From Vezdaea acicularis (lineage: Eukaryota): DNA of 64,000 nucleotides. The notes beneath the pieces were generated by a model. That model had not been told where the DNA came from. It was given only the letters and a program-made list of their open reading frames with translations, and searched no databases. A program made the translations under genes and the position numbers. The stretch's first letter is position 1, and the number at the start of each line of letters is the position of its first letter. Shown piece after piece: positions 35,682 through 49,063 of this stretch. The stretch spans positions 1-64,000 of the forward strand of contig JAPEUI010000077.1 in assembly GCA_026025075.1 (NCBI GenBank), given 5' to 3'.

Positions 35682-37441
35682 ATGGAGATGCAATCAGAAC
35701 AAGACTTAGCAGTATTGCAGAAATTGTCAAATGATTATGAGCCAGAGGTCATAGTAAGCTCAGTTCACCTACATTCGCCACATGCGATCCCATTGCTCGT
35801 GATTTAACCTTCGTTATTAGGGTCCTCTTGTGGGGAAGCGGCAATCGAGTCAGGCGATAACAACGGAATATGCCCATGCTGACCCTGTCTACGTTCAAAA
35901 GACATCGGTGAAAAAACAACGATGCCTGTTTGCTCGCATCATCTCTCTAACTCATATTCGGTCTAGGCTCTGCCACAGAAATACTCTCACTACCGGACCG
36001 TAAGGGGAGATGGAAATTGCGGATGGAGAGGTGAGTTGTGGCAGCCTTGCAATAATGACAGCTCGAACAAATGAGAAAAATAGTGGTCCATCAAGATTTT
36101 TCACTGATTGTGGATATAGCTATTGCATTCGGCTACTACGAGACTCTGCTTCGGCTCGGAGACAAGGACCGTATCCTTCTTGAAGAAACGAGGTTGAGGT
36201 CCCTCAACAATTTGTTAAACAATGTCGGGTACCCTGGTCACGTCTACGAAGATTTTGTCGATGAATCCCTTCTACTTCTTCGAGATGTCGCCGATCAAGT
36301 GCCCGCGACTGATCAGGGAGCTTCACTGCTCGAAAAGTTTAATGACGAGAACGTGTCAAATGCAATTATTACGCATTTTAAAGTAAGTGGTAACCCTCTC
36401 AAAACCGAGGTCCTATCATGTGGAACGCTAGGTTATGTCTTTACACATCACTGACGACGTCTAGCTCCTGACGGCGGCGTGGATGAAGACACATGTCAAC
36501 GATTATCAGCCATTCATTCTCGATGGGACCGTCGAGCAATATTGTGCATCATCTGTTGAACCGTATCAGGTTGAGATTGAGCACATTGGAATGAACGCCC
36601 TCATCGACGCCCTCGTGAAACCTGCAGGGTTTGCTGTGGAGATACTCTACCTGGATCGAAGCGAAGGCATCGAAGTCAATAGTCATAGATTTGACCCTCT
36701 GGATGCCGGAAGAACATCGGCTATCCTAGATGCCCCAACGATGAGACTCTTGTATAGACCGTAAGTGCTACAACCCCGGTCAGAAGCCTTCTTACGTTAT
36801 GCTAACACTTCAACAGCGGGCACTATGATATACTATACAAAATCGAAGATGTCCAACCTTTTGTCCAAGGTGCTTTAGCAGCAAGTCAACCAGCTCCGCA
36901 CCATGAAAGTCGAGTGCAGCTAGTCAACGGTTATTCATCCTTTCAAGGCGTCGGCACAATTGCTGTCGGATCTCCCGAAGAGATGGGTATCTGGGACGCT
37001 CTTCCTGGGGGTTCTTTCGCTCCATTGTCTGCTTCTGCGTTTCACGGGAATACTGCTTCGGCATCCGGGATAACTAGCAATTTCATGCATTCCCCAGTAT
37101 CTCCTATTCATCAGAATATAGCGAGCCCGTCCATCCCTTCGTCTCCTCCACTTAGAGAGGCTGGATCCATGTTCCGTCCGTCGTTCTATGAGCTCGAGGC
37201 CGATTTCCAACCCTCACCTGCACAAAATCTACCCTTTCAAACGAACACATTTCGAAAGTATGGTTGCTTTTCAATCGACAATTGCTTGAGCATCTTGCTA
37301 ACTGCAGCTAGCTCACATTTCAATCCAGCACACTACCGTAACTCAGAGTTTCAACCGGAGATGTGGACGCCTGATTCAGAATTCAGCTCAAGAGACAGTA
37401 AGGACTTGAGTGGCCATGCTCGACACAGGTCATCTCAGTGA
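35682..37441 (+). CDS. Otubain-like deubiquitinase (peptidase C65), multi-exon; start may lie upstream (35481)
   Basis: YSHYRTVRGDGNCGWR|AIAFGYYETLL catalytic Cys; VEILYLDRS; LLYRP|GHYDILYK catalytic His. Confidence 0.9.
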
Positions 37442-38342
37442 AATTTCGAGGCGAACCACACGTACACAAGCCTAAATTGAATGCACGTATGGTGAGATGA
37501 GCAGGGGTAGAGCCTTCTACCGAAGCAGCCTGAACACACGTATGATGATAACATCTTGATGTGCTTTTAGGAATTTCCTTATACAAGCGAAGCTACAGGA
37601 TGCCAGCGATACCCTCTGCTGCATGTTCTGCTCTTAGGAGCTGGCGGGAGAACCAAAGGAGTTTCTTTTTATAAGCATGCAAAGCATTGAGCGATGATTG
37701 TTTGTTCCGACCCCTTTCACTCTAAGCAAAAGTGAAGCGTCATGGAGTGTGTGTAAACTCTTACGACATAACCGTCCCTTTTTGGGTACTCGAGATGGAT
37801 TGCCCGACATCTGTAGCTGCTTTGCACTGTTGAAGCAAGGCCGCAGTATGAAAGCTGGAAAAGTGGGAAAAGTGTCCATGTATTCATGCAGCAGCCATAC
37901 GAAGATTGTAACTTTTAGAGCCTCGGAGAACTTGAAAATATAGTTCCGTGGGAGTGACACACAGCCGCCAATACAGCATGATCGCTCATATTATATTGAA
38001 GCCTTGTCTAGCGATTCATATAGCTGCGGATATGCCACAAACCTTAATTCACCAAAGTAGCCAAATCAAGCACCATCTCGTGGTTGAGCCTGGTTAGGTC
38101 CAACTGAGAATGCACTAAGGGAGGCGTTAATTTAACGAGGGGCTCGGCTTTTCTGGGCCCAGAAGTGACGTACGATCCCGGGAGATGTGAGCCCAGCTCC
38201 AGGATCAAGCGATATGAGCTTCGACCAACCACTTGTCAGGCTTTGACGCGCATCATCAATTCAACGTGGCGGGCTCATTAACGGGTTATTCTTCCGAGCC
38301 TTGCTCATTATCTTTTGCTTCATTCCGACAGCTGAAGTCATA

Positions 38343-39471
38343 ATGCCTCTCTGTGGAAAGAATAAAACTGTTCAGCGCAAGCTGGTCCTGTTGTGCGTCG
38401 CATCTTCGATCTCGTACATTACTTATTGCAGCAATCAGCTCACTTCTGAATCAGAGGAGATGGCGCATGTGGAAAAACATCATTACTGAATGTCTTTACA
38501 AGAGGGTAGGCTCTTCCGACGAGCTAGACGATGAATCTCTTGCTCTGGTCTGACATGATCCCTATTTCCAGGTATTTCCCGACCGTATAGTAAGTATCGG
38601 GACCGAAGTCGCCCTGTTCGGGTTGCCAAGATCGAGCACTCACTTTATAACTCTTGTTCGGAATTAGTGAACCTACTGTCTTTGGTGCGACAAAACTAGA
38701 ACTCCAAAGATCATATGATGCTAATAATGATATAGAGAATTATGTACATGGTAGAACTCTAGAGAGGAGCGGCTGTGATAGCAATGCTCATTTCTGCCTA
38801 GATATATTCGTCGACGACGTTCATATCGAAATATCGCTTTGGGATACAGCAGGGCAAGAAGAATTTGATCGACTCCGATCCCTCTCATATGATGATACCC
38901 ATGCGATCATGCTTTGTTTCAGTGTGAGTGGAGGCTGAATAAGATACTCTCTGCACGCATAGATTCCTAACATGAACATCCAGGTGGACTCAAGAGATTC
39001 TCTCGAAAACGTTGAATCGAAATGGGTCGGAGAAATCGCGGAAAATTGTCAAGGCGTTAAACTCGTGCTTGTCGCACTGAAATGCGATTTGAGAGAAGCA
39101 GATTCTGAGGACCATGAGGGAGACGAAGCTGATGGGAAGAAAGAGATGATCAAATATCAGGAAGGTCTTGACGTGGCAAGGAAAATTGGAGTCGGTTTTG
39201 TTTCTTACCGTTGAATGCCATTTGAGTGGATGACTAATAAAGGTATTTATCCTAGGCATTGAGATACTTGGAATGCTCCGCAAAGAGAAACAGGGGTGTA
39301 AACGAGGTGAGTATTGATACTTGATTCTTCATGCTCGGCAATTGTAGCGTGGTCGGTATCTAACTATTCAAACAGGCGTTTACAGAAGCTGCTCGAGTAG
39401 CTCTAGGCGCGAGGGGAGCCGCTGGGGGAAGCAGCGGTAACTCGCGCCGTGACAAATGTACAGTCATGTAA
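38343..39471 (+). CDS. RHO3: Rho3 small GTPase, 9 exons
   Basis: [44 protein letters not shown]|...[25 protein letters not shown]; CaaX CTVM*. Confidence 0.95.
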
Positions 39472-39931
39472 AGCAGACTGCAACTATATCCAAGGAAACT
39501 ACTTTCAGCGCGTTACTCAAAACGACCAGGACAACACTTCAAATCACTGCCTACCCATGTTTATATCGACCCTATTTTTTTTTCCTTTGTTCGGAGGTGG
39601 AATCAACGCTCTTCACGTACGACTGTTTTGGACACTATCGCATGGCGTTTGGATTCATTCGTTGTATTTAGATTATCGACCACCAATTGAGCCCTATAAA
39701 CCGTGGGCAATGGCTAGTGTATTAGTACCTGAATTGGACTTTTATGTACAACGAGAGATGTCCACTAACGGCATCAGATCCAACCATCTTTCCTGAGCCA
39801 TCAGGTCTTGCGCGTCTCAATATATGAAAATTTACTAGAGGTGAGAGAATCGTGCCGGATGTCCTTGGCGTCAAAAAGTGGGGTTTATGGCTGAGATGCT
39901 GTGATTCATTATATATGGCGCCTGGATACGA

Positions 39932-40525
39932 TCATTCCCCATTTTCAGGGCGAGGCCGCCGTCGATATTGTCGAGGTAATATACATGGCTCCCTCCGCGC
40001 CCTTGCAAACGCCTCCATTGCCATCGGAGAGGAATCTGTACGTATCACGCTTCCTATCGACATGAAGGTCCTAAGACAAAGTTATAAGTTGGATGGACGA
40101 TATCTTCCAAGACTTGAAACTAGATTTACGAACCCAAAAGTAGCCGCTGATCCTAGCATATATTGGCCTAATGATCGCATCACGCCATTTGCTCCAGCAC
40201 CGTATCGCATGATTGTCACACCACCTTTAAACCAACAATAAGCTATCGATTTTTCACAGATTGAAGAACTTGGAAAGGGGTGAGGCAAGACTTGCTAACC
40301 AAATATGAATCCAATGATGAGCCCAACGGCTGTCAACGTTAGAAGATTCTGTACTCATAGGTGTATATTTAGTGAATGGGTTAAATTACTACTGCCCATC
40401 ATAGCCCCCATTTTCACTGAAAGTGTCAGCTTAGAGCTGTTTGAGCAAATGATAGGACTCTTACATTTGTCAAAGGTGGTCGGCGGCCTACGGCTGCCGC
40501 CTGCCGTTGATGGCATGGGAGGCAT
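39932..40525 (-). CDS. MGR2: Mgr2/Romo1 TIM23 gatekeeper subunit, 5 exons
   Basis: Spliced product [63 protein letters not shown]. Confidence 0.92.
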
Positions 40526-41316
40526 ATTGTCGAGAAGAGTCTGGAGAAGTCCTCTATGTGTGGGGCTTCACGCTGTTTCTCAGAATCTGTTGTGTGGTCT
40601 CCCCGAATTGATATGTTTGCCTGGGCGCATAATTAAGCTTTACTTCTGCTGCTACCATTCGCCTTCACTGTACCCTATCACGTGAGTAGCGCATGATTTG
40701 AAACGCTCTTGCTCAATAGTATTTCACAGTCTCCAATTAAAAATTTCACCGATAACGTTAAGAAGCATCTAAAAGGTGCTTTCACAAGCTAAGCATTTGT
40801 TCAAACCTTGCCTGTTAAAGGCTCTCCACGCTGCTCGTGTGCTTGGCAGCGTTAGATCCAGTAAGAAAGGGTAGCGACCGACTCCCACGAGAACAACGAA
40901 CATCTCCGGGCACTCAAATTCACACGACTTTTAATCGACGACGTACCGACACCACCACGGCGAGCGATATCGATTGCTTCGACTGTCAGCATCGTATGAA
41001 CGACTGGCTTGGACCCCATTGTTGCCCTTGTTGCGACTTCCTATCGTGTAACCTTCGTCGCTGTTTGTCGCTCCACCTTCGTCCCTAGCGGCTATCGACC
41101 ATACTATCTCCATCTATATTCGCCCCTTTGATCTGGACCTTCTTTAGATCGTGGGAGACTGTGACTCGGCATAAGAGCATTGAATTAGTTGAATAGATAC
41201 TCGGGCTGCAATTGTAAACCTTTGGGTGTTTCGGCATACACGGTTGTGCTGTGGAAAGGGGATCGTTATCGAAGTCAGACTCTCCATCTAATCGAAAATC
41301 ATCAATAAACACGCAA

Positions 41317-43676
41317 ATGACGGCAGTTCAACCTCTACCAAGCTTTCCGTCTACTCAAAGATCACCATGGGGTTCTAGTAACGGCAACAGTCAAGGCAGC
41401 CTGGATGCCATGGGTGCCGGCGAGTACTCGAGATTGGTAAATGCCCGGAAGAGTGCATTGCGCACAAACTCGTCTTCATCTCTCTCATCATCCGCATCTT
41501 CCTCATCTACCATTACCCAACCGGCACCACAACTCAACGGCGTCCAACAGCAACAAGGTCTGGGCGGAGATCTAAGTAGTGGTTGGGCGTCAAGGAAAAA
41601 ACCAAGCCGAGGACTCTGGCCATCATCAAAGGCAGAACCTACGATCGGACTCACGAATCGATCGCAGATGGCAGGCTCTTCCTCTCTATCTATACCGCCC
41701 TCTATGAACCAACCGCCCTCAGTCCTACCCTCCCAGCATATGCAACAAACGCAACAACCAAATGGCCCCAGGATCGCTTCTTCACAAGGTCACGTTGAAG
41801 GAACGGCTGTGCTGTATCTCCTCCCTATAAATGGCACCTTTGAGCGCAAGACTATCACTGTGCCATGGTTTCCAGAGATCCTTCGCATAGGACGACAAAC
41901 AAATGCGAAGACGGTACCAACGCCTCTCAACGGATACTTTGATTCCAAGGTCTTGTCTCGTCAACATGCAGAGATATGGGCTGATAGGTACGGAAAGATA
42001 TTCATTCGGGATGTCAAATCATCAAATGGCACTTTTGTGAATGGTCAGAGACTCTCCCAAGAAAACAAAGACTCGGATCCCCACGAATTAAGAGAACAGG
42101 ACATTTTAGAACTAGGTATAGACATTGTTAGTGAGGATCAGAAGACTGTGGTACATCATAAAGTTGCTGCTAGGGTTGAGCATGCTGGGGTGTACAACAA
42201 TAGTAACGGGAATGGAATCCTCGATCTTAATTTTGGTGACATCGATCCCTCTGCGGGAGGTGGCTTAATGGCGCCGTCATTGGGTCAGAACATGTCTCAA
42301 ATGAGGAGCAGGTCCAGCAGTCAAGGATCGAACAATAGTCGTGGCTCTACGAGCACAGCAGGGACCAATATGGGAGGTGCTGGTGCTCAGCGTCAGATGA
42401 ACTTTTGGCTCACTCCAATTACTATGGAGCAGATCGTGAAGAGGCTAACGGTATGTCTTCTACTAACCTTGGCTCATGAATAACTACTGACATTCACGGA
42501 AAGTCTGAGCTCAAAAATGCGAAGCAACAATCGAACGATCTTCACCGTACCAGCGAGTATTTTGACAATATATTGACTCACAACGAAAACCCTCACGAAA
42601 CCGACACTGGGAATCATGGACCTGAGCCCATATTGAATGGTGCACCAACTAGTGCAACTCAAAAGACACCTTTCTCGGATCCTCCAGCGCCCCCGCCGCA
42701 GCAACCACTTCCGGAAAAGCCAGATGTCTTGCGTGCTGGAGGAACAAACTCACCCTCTCAACCGCCTCTCCTAAGGGCTGACACAGAACGGCAGCCTGCA
42801 ACTTTCTTTGGTAATTCTTCTCCTAAGGCAGAGACCTCGTCCCAGATTGTCTCTCTCATCGAGGCATTGGCTGCTGCGCGCAAAGAAATTGACTCCCAAG
42901 GCGCCCGAGTGAAAGATCTAGAAGACCTCTTACGACGTGAACGAGTTGCTCGTGAAAGCGCCGAGGAGCGTGCTATGCGACTAGAGTCGCACAGCAAAGC
43001 CGACACAGACGCAGGCGAAGTTCAGGCCGATAGTCTGCTTGGACTTGGGGAAGGCGACGAGAGTCTGCCACGAGAGTTTGATGGTGGGTCGACTGGTCTC
43101 GAGCTAATAAGTGACGCGAATCTTGCCAAGGAATTGGATGTCTCCGGAAAAGAGAAAGACGTCGTTGACTCCAACGCAGAGGACTCTGCAACACGACTTC
43201 AAAGAAAACTTGACCTCATGGTACTCGAGATGAATGAGATGAAGCAAGCCATGGAGAAATACAGGCGTCGGATGGAGTCTGCCGAAGAGGATAGTGCGTC
43301 TAGTCGGAAGAGTTTGGCGGCAATGATCGAAAGCATTCGCAAAGACGAAGCGGATCGAACCACCAATCATCATCCACAGGGCATCAAAGACGGCCTTTCG
43401 AAGGGCACGACCCATAATCTAGGTCTTGTCACTACTAATGGAGCAGCCGTCTCCTCCGGTGATGTTCTGAAAATAGCGGGGGTCCAGAACGGCAAACCTC
43501 TCGGACCTGAGGACATGATAGCGCTTGATCGGGCAATGTCAACAGCGCTTACAGCGTCAAGAAGTCGGCACGATCATCTAGTTCAGGCCGCACCATACGC
43601 CTCGATATTAGGAGTGGTGTGTATTGGAGTCGGACTTATGGCTCTCCTGAATGGATGGCAACGGGTTGAGAAATGA
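41317..43676 (+). CDS. VPS64: FHA/coiled-coil tail-anchored protein Vps64/Far9-Far10 (SLMAP-like STRIPAK subunit), 2 exons
   Basis: FHA motif RIGRQTN...NGYFDSKVLSRQHAE...DVKSSNGTFVNG; C-terminal TM YASILGVVCIGVGLMALLNGW. Confidence 0.9.
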
Positions 43677-44205
43677 AGAATCTTCCAATACACTCGACCT
43701 TTAGATTTTATACCACTGCTGAATGCGCTTGCTCGCAGCAACCTTTTCTTTGTCCGCGATTTCACACTTCCCACCCTCGAGTTAGTCGGCCAGGATTCAT
43801 CTTCGGCGTTTGGGGGACCAGTCTGCATGGTGAGCGGGTTCATGGGAACGTGCTAGGGGCGCGCATTGGTCCAGGTGGACTAATTGTTTCATGAGGATGC
43901 AGCTGGTGACACACATTTCATACGGGATGGGCATTCTTCTGCTTGCATAAGGGCTGTCAGGCAACCCCACGATCTTTTCTCCTTTTTGTTTGGATGGCCT
44001 CTGTGCTGGGCGCCGTGTCTACTAACCTGTATATCCTTGCTTCAGTATCAAGCACATCAAATTAAACTATCCAAAGCGATCTCACTTCATCATACATTGT
44101 CATGCTGTTGGGTACCTTGAGGATAAGAACGTCCTCGCATACTATTCTGGTAACTGAGGTATGCGTTGTTCTTAGTGATATTTACGCTCTGATTTTGAAA
44201 TGATG

Positions 44206-44277
44206 GGCGCGATGGCCTAATGGTAAGGCGTTGCTTTCCGGTGGCAAAGATTGTGGGTTCGAGTCCCATTCGCGTCG
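44206..44277 (+). tRNA. tRNA-Arg (anticodon CCG), intronless
   Basis: Cloverleaf: acceptor GGCGCGA/TCGCGTC, D arm GCCT/AGGC, anticodon arm TTGCT-TTCCGGT-GGCAA, T arm GTGGG-TTCGAGT-CCCAT; T-run terminator at 44282. Confidence 0.95.
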
Positions 44278-44583
44278 ATAGTTTTTGTTTAGCGAAAATA
44301 ACCGGGGAAATCTTTACTTTTGCCTTTTTTGTTTTATTCTCAATAGGGCTAGGTTCCTTATTTGTGATGATTGAGTTGAAGACCGGGTTGCGCGGTGGGC
44401 CGCCGCCTAGAGCGAGTTCGCTTAGCTACACGAAGTTTTGGACCTCATAGTTCGATGCCATAAACCTATCCCTCAGAAATACAGCCGAATAGTTAGTGAT
44501 ACCATTAATTCACAACACCTCGTCACGTTCTTAATTCGTCCTCCTACAAGTCTCCAAAACCTTCCGCCCCGTCACCAACCACC

Positions 44584-46094
44584 ATGTCCACGCTTGAAGA
44601 TCTCGAGGACCTGGAGCAGGCGCAGAAGAAAGAGGGCGGCGATGCCGAGATGACCGATGCTCCGGACGGGGCGCCCAAGGACGACATCTTCGACGCCGAG
44701 ATATTAAGTCTCAGCACGCCGGATATCTCGATGCGGAAACGGCTCATGGATAATGACCTCAAGATCATGAAGGATGAGTATCGGCGGCTGAATCATAATA
44801 AGAAGGAGATGAACGATAAGATCAAGGAGAATTTGGAGAAGATTGAGAATAATCGGTGAGTGGTGACTTTTTTGGGGTAGGACTGCAGCTACTGGGGGAG
44901 TTTGGCACAAGTTTTGGCAGCGGATTCATGGCTTGGATGTGGGCTGATGTTTTGAGCTATACAGGCAATTACCATACCTCGTTGGCAATGTCGTCGAGCT
45001 TCTAGACATGGACCCCGAAGCCGAAGCCGACAGCGAAGGCGCGAACATCGACCTAGACGCAACGCGAGTCGGAAAGTCCGCCGTCATCAAGACGTCCACG
45101 CGGCAGACCATCTTCCTCCCGCTAATAGGCCTCGTCGACGCGGATAACCTCAAGCCCTCCGACCTCATCGGGGTGAACAAGGACTCCTACTTGGTGCTCG
45201 ACACCCTGCCAGCAGAGTACGACAGCAGAGTCAAGGCTATGGAGGTCGATGAGAAGCCGACGGAGAAGTACACGGACGTTGGTGGGCTGGACAAGCAGAT
45301 TGAAGAGCTGGTCGAGGCGGTCGTCTGGCCGATGAAGGAGGCCGAGCGCTTCAAGAAGATCGGCATCAAAGCTCCAAAAGGTACATATAACCCCCTTTCC
45401 CCCATCCCCTCCAAACCTCCCAAACTAACCCCACAAAGGCGCCCTCATGTACGGCCCCCCCGGCACAGGCAAAACCCTCCTCGCCCGCGCCTGCGCCGCC
45501 CAAACCGACGCCACCTTCCTCAAACTTGCCGGACCGCAACTCGTCCAGATGTTCATCGGCGACGGCGCCAAACTGGTCCGCGACGCCTTCGCCCTCGCCA
45601 AAGAGAAAGCGCCCGCCATCATCTTCATCGACGAGCTGGACGCCATCGGCACCAAGCGCTTCGACAGCGAGAAGAGCGGCGACCGCGAAGTCCAGCGCAC
45701 CATGCTCGAACTCCTGAATCAGCTCGACGGCTTTAGTTCTGACGACCGCGTCAAAGTCCTCGCCGCCACCAACCGCGTCGACGTCCTCGACCCCGCCCTC
45801 CTCCGCTCCGGCCGCCTCGACCGGAAAATCGAGTTCCCCCTCCCCAACGAAGAAGCGCGCGCTCAGATCCTGCGCATCCACAGTCGCAAAATGACCGTCG
45901 ATGACGCGGTCAATTGGGCGGAGTTGGCGCGGTCGACGGATGAGTTTGGGGGAGCCCAGTTGAAAGCTGTTTGTGTTGAGGCGGGCATGATTGCGCTTAG
46001 GACCGGTAAGAGTAGAGTTGGGCATGAGAGCTATGTCGATGCGATTAGTGAGGTGCAGGCGAAGAAGAAGGAGACGGTGAATTTTTATGCGTAG
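44584..46094 (+). CDS. RPT5: 26S proteasome regulatory ATPase subunit 6A, 3 exons
   Basis: [66 protein letters not shown]-terminal FYA*. Confidence 0.96.
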
Positions 46095-47776
46095 GCGATT
46101 TGTGGGGTTGTGGGGAGGGGTGGACGGGGTAGGGGTGGATGAAGAAGGTGGTGGTGGTGGTGGGTGGATGAAGGTGGTGGGTGTTGCATTCTTGCATGGC
46201 ACGGCTTTAGATAGCGAGATAATAAGGGCATTTCGTAGTTACGCGGCTGTGCTAAACATGTCTTGACTTGGGAACGGTGATGCCCTTAGTAGTAACAGAA
46301 GCCAGTCGGGGCCGAGTCCACGACCCAGCGGACGGTATAGCATCGTCCATCACTCAAAAATTCACGTTCAATCACAAAAAGCAAGCAGTAGTAAGGCACG
46401 AATGAAGAATGTATCAAAGTCCCCTCGGGAACCCCTTATCAAGTTTTTTTTTGTCATTCCACGCAAACCAGCAGCCTAGCGCCGAATGCCGTGGTTTTTC
46501 TATCTGCCATTTTTTTCTGTGGGTTCACCATATACTTTTTGCTTCACCGCATCATCATCTAGCCGAAGATGGAAGGATCCCTAGCCCATGTAATTACAAT
46601 CGAAGGGGAATGAAAAAAAGCGGGGGGAAAGGAGGGGATATGTGTGATCGCCAGCGCTTGAAAATCGCAGCAGAGGGGGAGAAGAAAAAACAGACAAAGC
46701 AGTGTCAGAGGGAAGAAAAAAGGAGAAATATTAGAAAACGGTCTCGATGAAGAAAGGTTCTTCGCCGAACCCGCACAGAAAAGCAGTCCCGAGCAATGCA
46801 CGCAGAGTGAAAAAAAGACATCCCAAGTCTGCTTGGTCATCAAAGCCCTTCCAATCCCCCCGCTAATCACCCAGAGTATGCATTCCGTCTCCGTCTCCAT
46901 TTGAACGAGCCCAAATGAGGAAACCACACCACAATCGTAAGCAGCGCTATGTCTGTCCGCACAAGAGCAGCCGCAAGAAGTGAAAAGAAGAAAAGAAAGA
47001 AAAAAAGGTCGTTAAGCAGGCGTCAGGTCCGAAACTGAATGACCATCTGAACAGCCTTGCAAGTGATGAACAGAATTGGCCCCGCCCGCAGAAGGCAGGA
47101 ATGATGTTCTCGACCGAAGCTGAAGTTGGATGAAGGGAAGATAAGAAAGCCACAGCAGTCCCAGTCGATGCCGTTTGTCCCGATAAATTGCCCGAAAAAA
47201 CCCAAACCGCGCACTCCGGTGCAATGCAAAGGAAAGCTCTTGGCAGAATTTTTATGAGCGTGTAAAAACGCAAACGCGGACGCAGGGGGTGATGAGTGAT
47301 CGTCAATGAGAAGAAAGTCTAGTAGTGCAATGTCGCCAAGTTCGAAAGCAAAAAAAGCAAGCGTGCTGATCGAAAATATGCAGATTGCCGTGCCGAGTGA
47401 TCAAGTCGAGACGTGGAAGGATCGTTATCTGCCGAGAGAAATAGGAGAAGACCCGGGTGCCAGGACATGGGACGTTGTAACCGAGCGGTGTGAGACCACA
47501 AAGTTGCCGTATTGTGAGGACCGACCGGATAATCAAAGAACCGACATGAGGGAAAGTTCGAGTTGAAACGCCGAGAAAATTTTGTGAACGAATGAAACCA
47601 GGAAACGCCCGCTTGTGCTGCAAACAAATGGAATGAGAGCCGCAGTTAACATTTGGTGCTCCATGATGTTTTAGGGGAATTATCGTCTTCCTTTGCAAGG
47701 ATTTGTTTTTGGTGAACTGAACCGTGAACTCGAACGCCATTGGCCAGATTGTTAAGCGAGGTCTAAAACCACATGA

Positions 47777-49063
47777 TTAACCGACAACGGCCTGAGATCC
47801 GTAGGAAGGCATGAGTTGAGGTTGCTCATATGCCCTAGAGCACATTGAACACCAACAACCGAGGCCATGCCCATGACTCCATGGGTTCTGGGGATAAGCT
47901 TGAGCGTAGAGACTATGTTGGTAAGAGCAATGCTGTGGTTGCTGTGAAATCTGAGGCTGGTTCATCTGGCGAATAGACTGGCTTGGACCGAGACCATAAG
48001 CCTGTGGAGCCTGTTGATATGACCATCCGCTTGGGAGACCAAAATATTCTGGGGTGTTCGGTCCCGTCTCTGGTGCTGACGGTGGAGAGCTTTGACCCGA
48101 CGAAGAGTGGTACCAGGCGGGTTGATCGTAGGAATGATCATAGGTGGCCGGAGTCTGATAATGCGTCTGTGGGCGCTCAGCCTGGTAGCTCGGAGTGATT
48201 GGGTTAAAATGAGAGAGATAGTAGGAGCCTGGTGAAAGGGCTGATCGCTGTTGTTGATGCCTCACAACGTTGGTTTCGATCGGAGCTAGTGCCGCGCGTT
48301 GCTTCTGAGCCTGGATGGCACGTTCTTGCTTGTAGTTATCCCAGTGACTCTGCCAAGCAACGAAACCATGGGGGTCGTTCACATCCGTGTGAAGATTCCA
48401 GTCGATCGCCGTCAACCACTGCAACTCCAAAATGTTGAGCTCGGTCACCGGAAGTTGAGTAACTTCCGACCAAGAGCGGTTCTGAAACGTATTGTCGTCG
48501 AGAAATTTACTCCCGAGGAGCAGGGCGATGGTGAGCATGCGGTACAGCTGTCCAGATGAAGCTTTGGCAGCACTCTTCTGGTTCAGCATGCTCATCCGCG
48601 TCGCCAAGTAATGAAGACCGAGCAAGATGGTCGAGCTCGGGAGCCGCGTCGACGTGAGAATCTGCAGAACGAACTTGCGGAAGGTCGGTGAGACGAGCCC
48701 GCTGCGTTGAACGCTTCGAACGATGTCAACATCTGCCAGGCAGATTGGGGATTTATAGAGGTCATACATTCCCTGCGACATTTCGGCCACGTAGTCGGCC
48801 ATCTGATCCATTTCATAGTCTAGATGGGCAGATACTCCTCCTATCGCCTTCTCTTCTTTGACAGGATCCTGCCGTACGATCCTTTCTGGTTGGCGTTTCT
48901 GATGCTGTGTAAAAGGTTCATCGATGACCGATCGAGAGTGAGTTTGCATCGATGGTAGGACGGGAGCGGCTATTGGATACGACTGATGGGGATGGATGAG
49001 ACCCGGAGGTGGCACGCCATTGTAATTGAACGCCGAACGGTGGACGGATTGCGAATGATACAT
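47777..49063 (-). CDS. CLG1: Pho85-type cyclin, Clg1/Mug80-like
   Basis: GGVSAHLDYEMDQMADYVAEM, FRKFVLQILTSTRLPSSTILLGLHYL, LLLGSKFLDDNTFQNRSWSEV; first ATG at 49063, frame open further upstream. Confidence 0.88.
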   Translation of the reverse strand: MYHSQSVHRSAFNYNGVPPPGLIHPHQSYPIAAPVLPSMQTHSRSVIDEPFTQHQKRQPERIVRQDPVKEEKAIGGVSAHLDYEMDQMADYVAEMSQGMYDLYKSPICLADVDIVRSVQRSGLVSPTFRKFVLQILTSTRLPSSTILLGLHYLATRMSMLNQKSAAKASSGQLYRMLTIALLLGSKFLDDNTFQNRSWSEVTQLPVTELNILELQWLTAIDWNLHTDVNDPHGFVAWQSHWDNYKQERAIQAQKQRAALAPIETNVVRHQQQRSALSPGSYYLSHFNPITPSYQAERPQTHYQTPATYDHSYDQPAWYHSSSGQSSPPSAPETGPNTPEYFGLPSGWSYQQAPQAYGLGPSQSIRQMNQPQISQQPQHCSYQHSLYAQAYPQNPWSHGHGLGCWCSMCSRAYEQPQLMPSYGSQAVVG

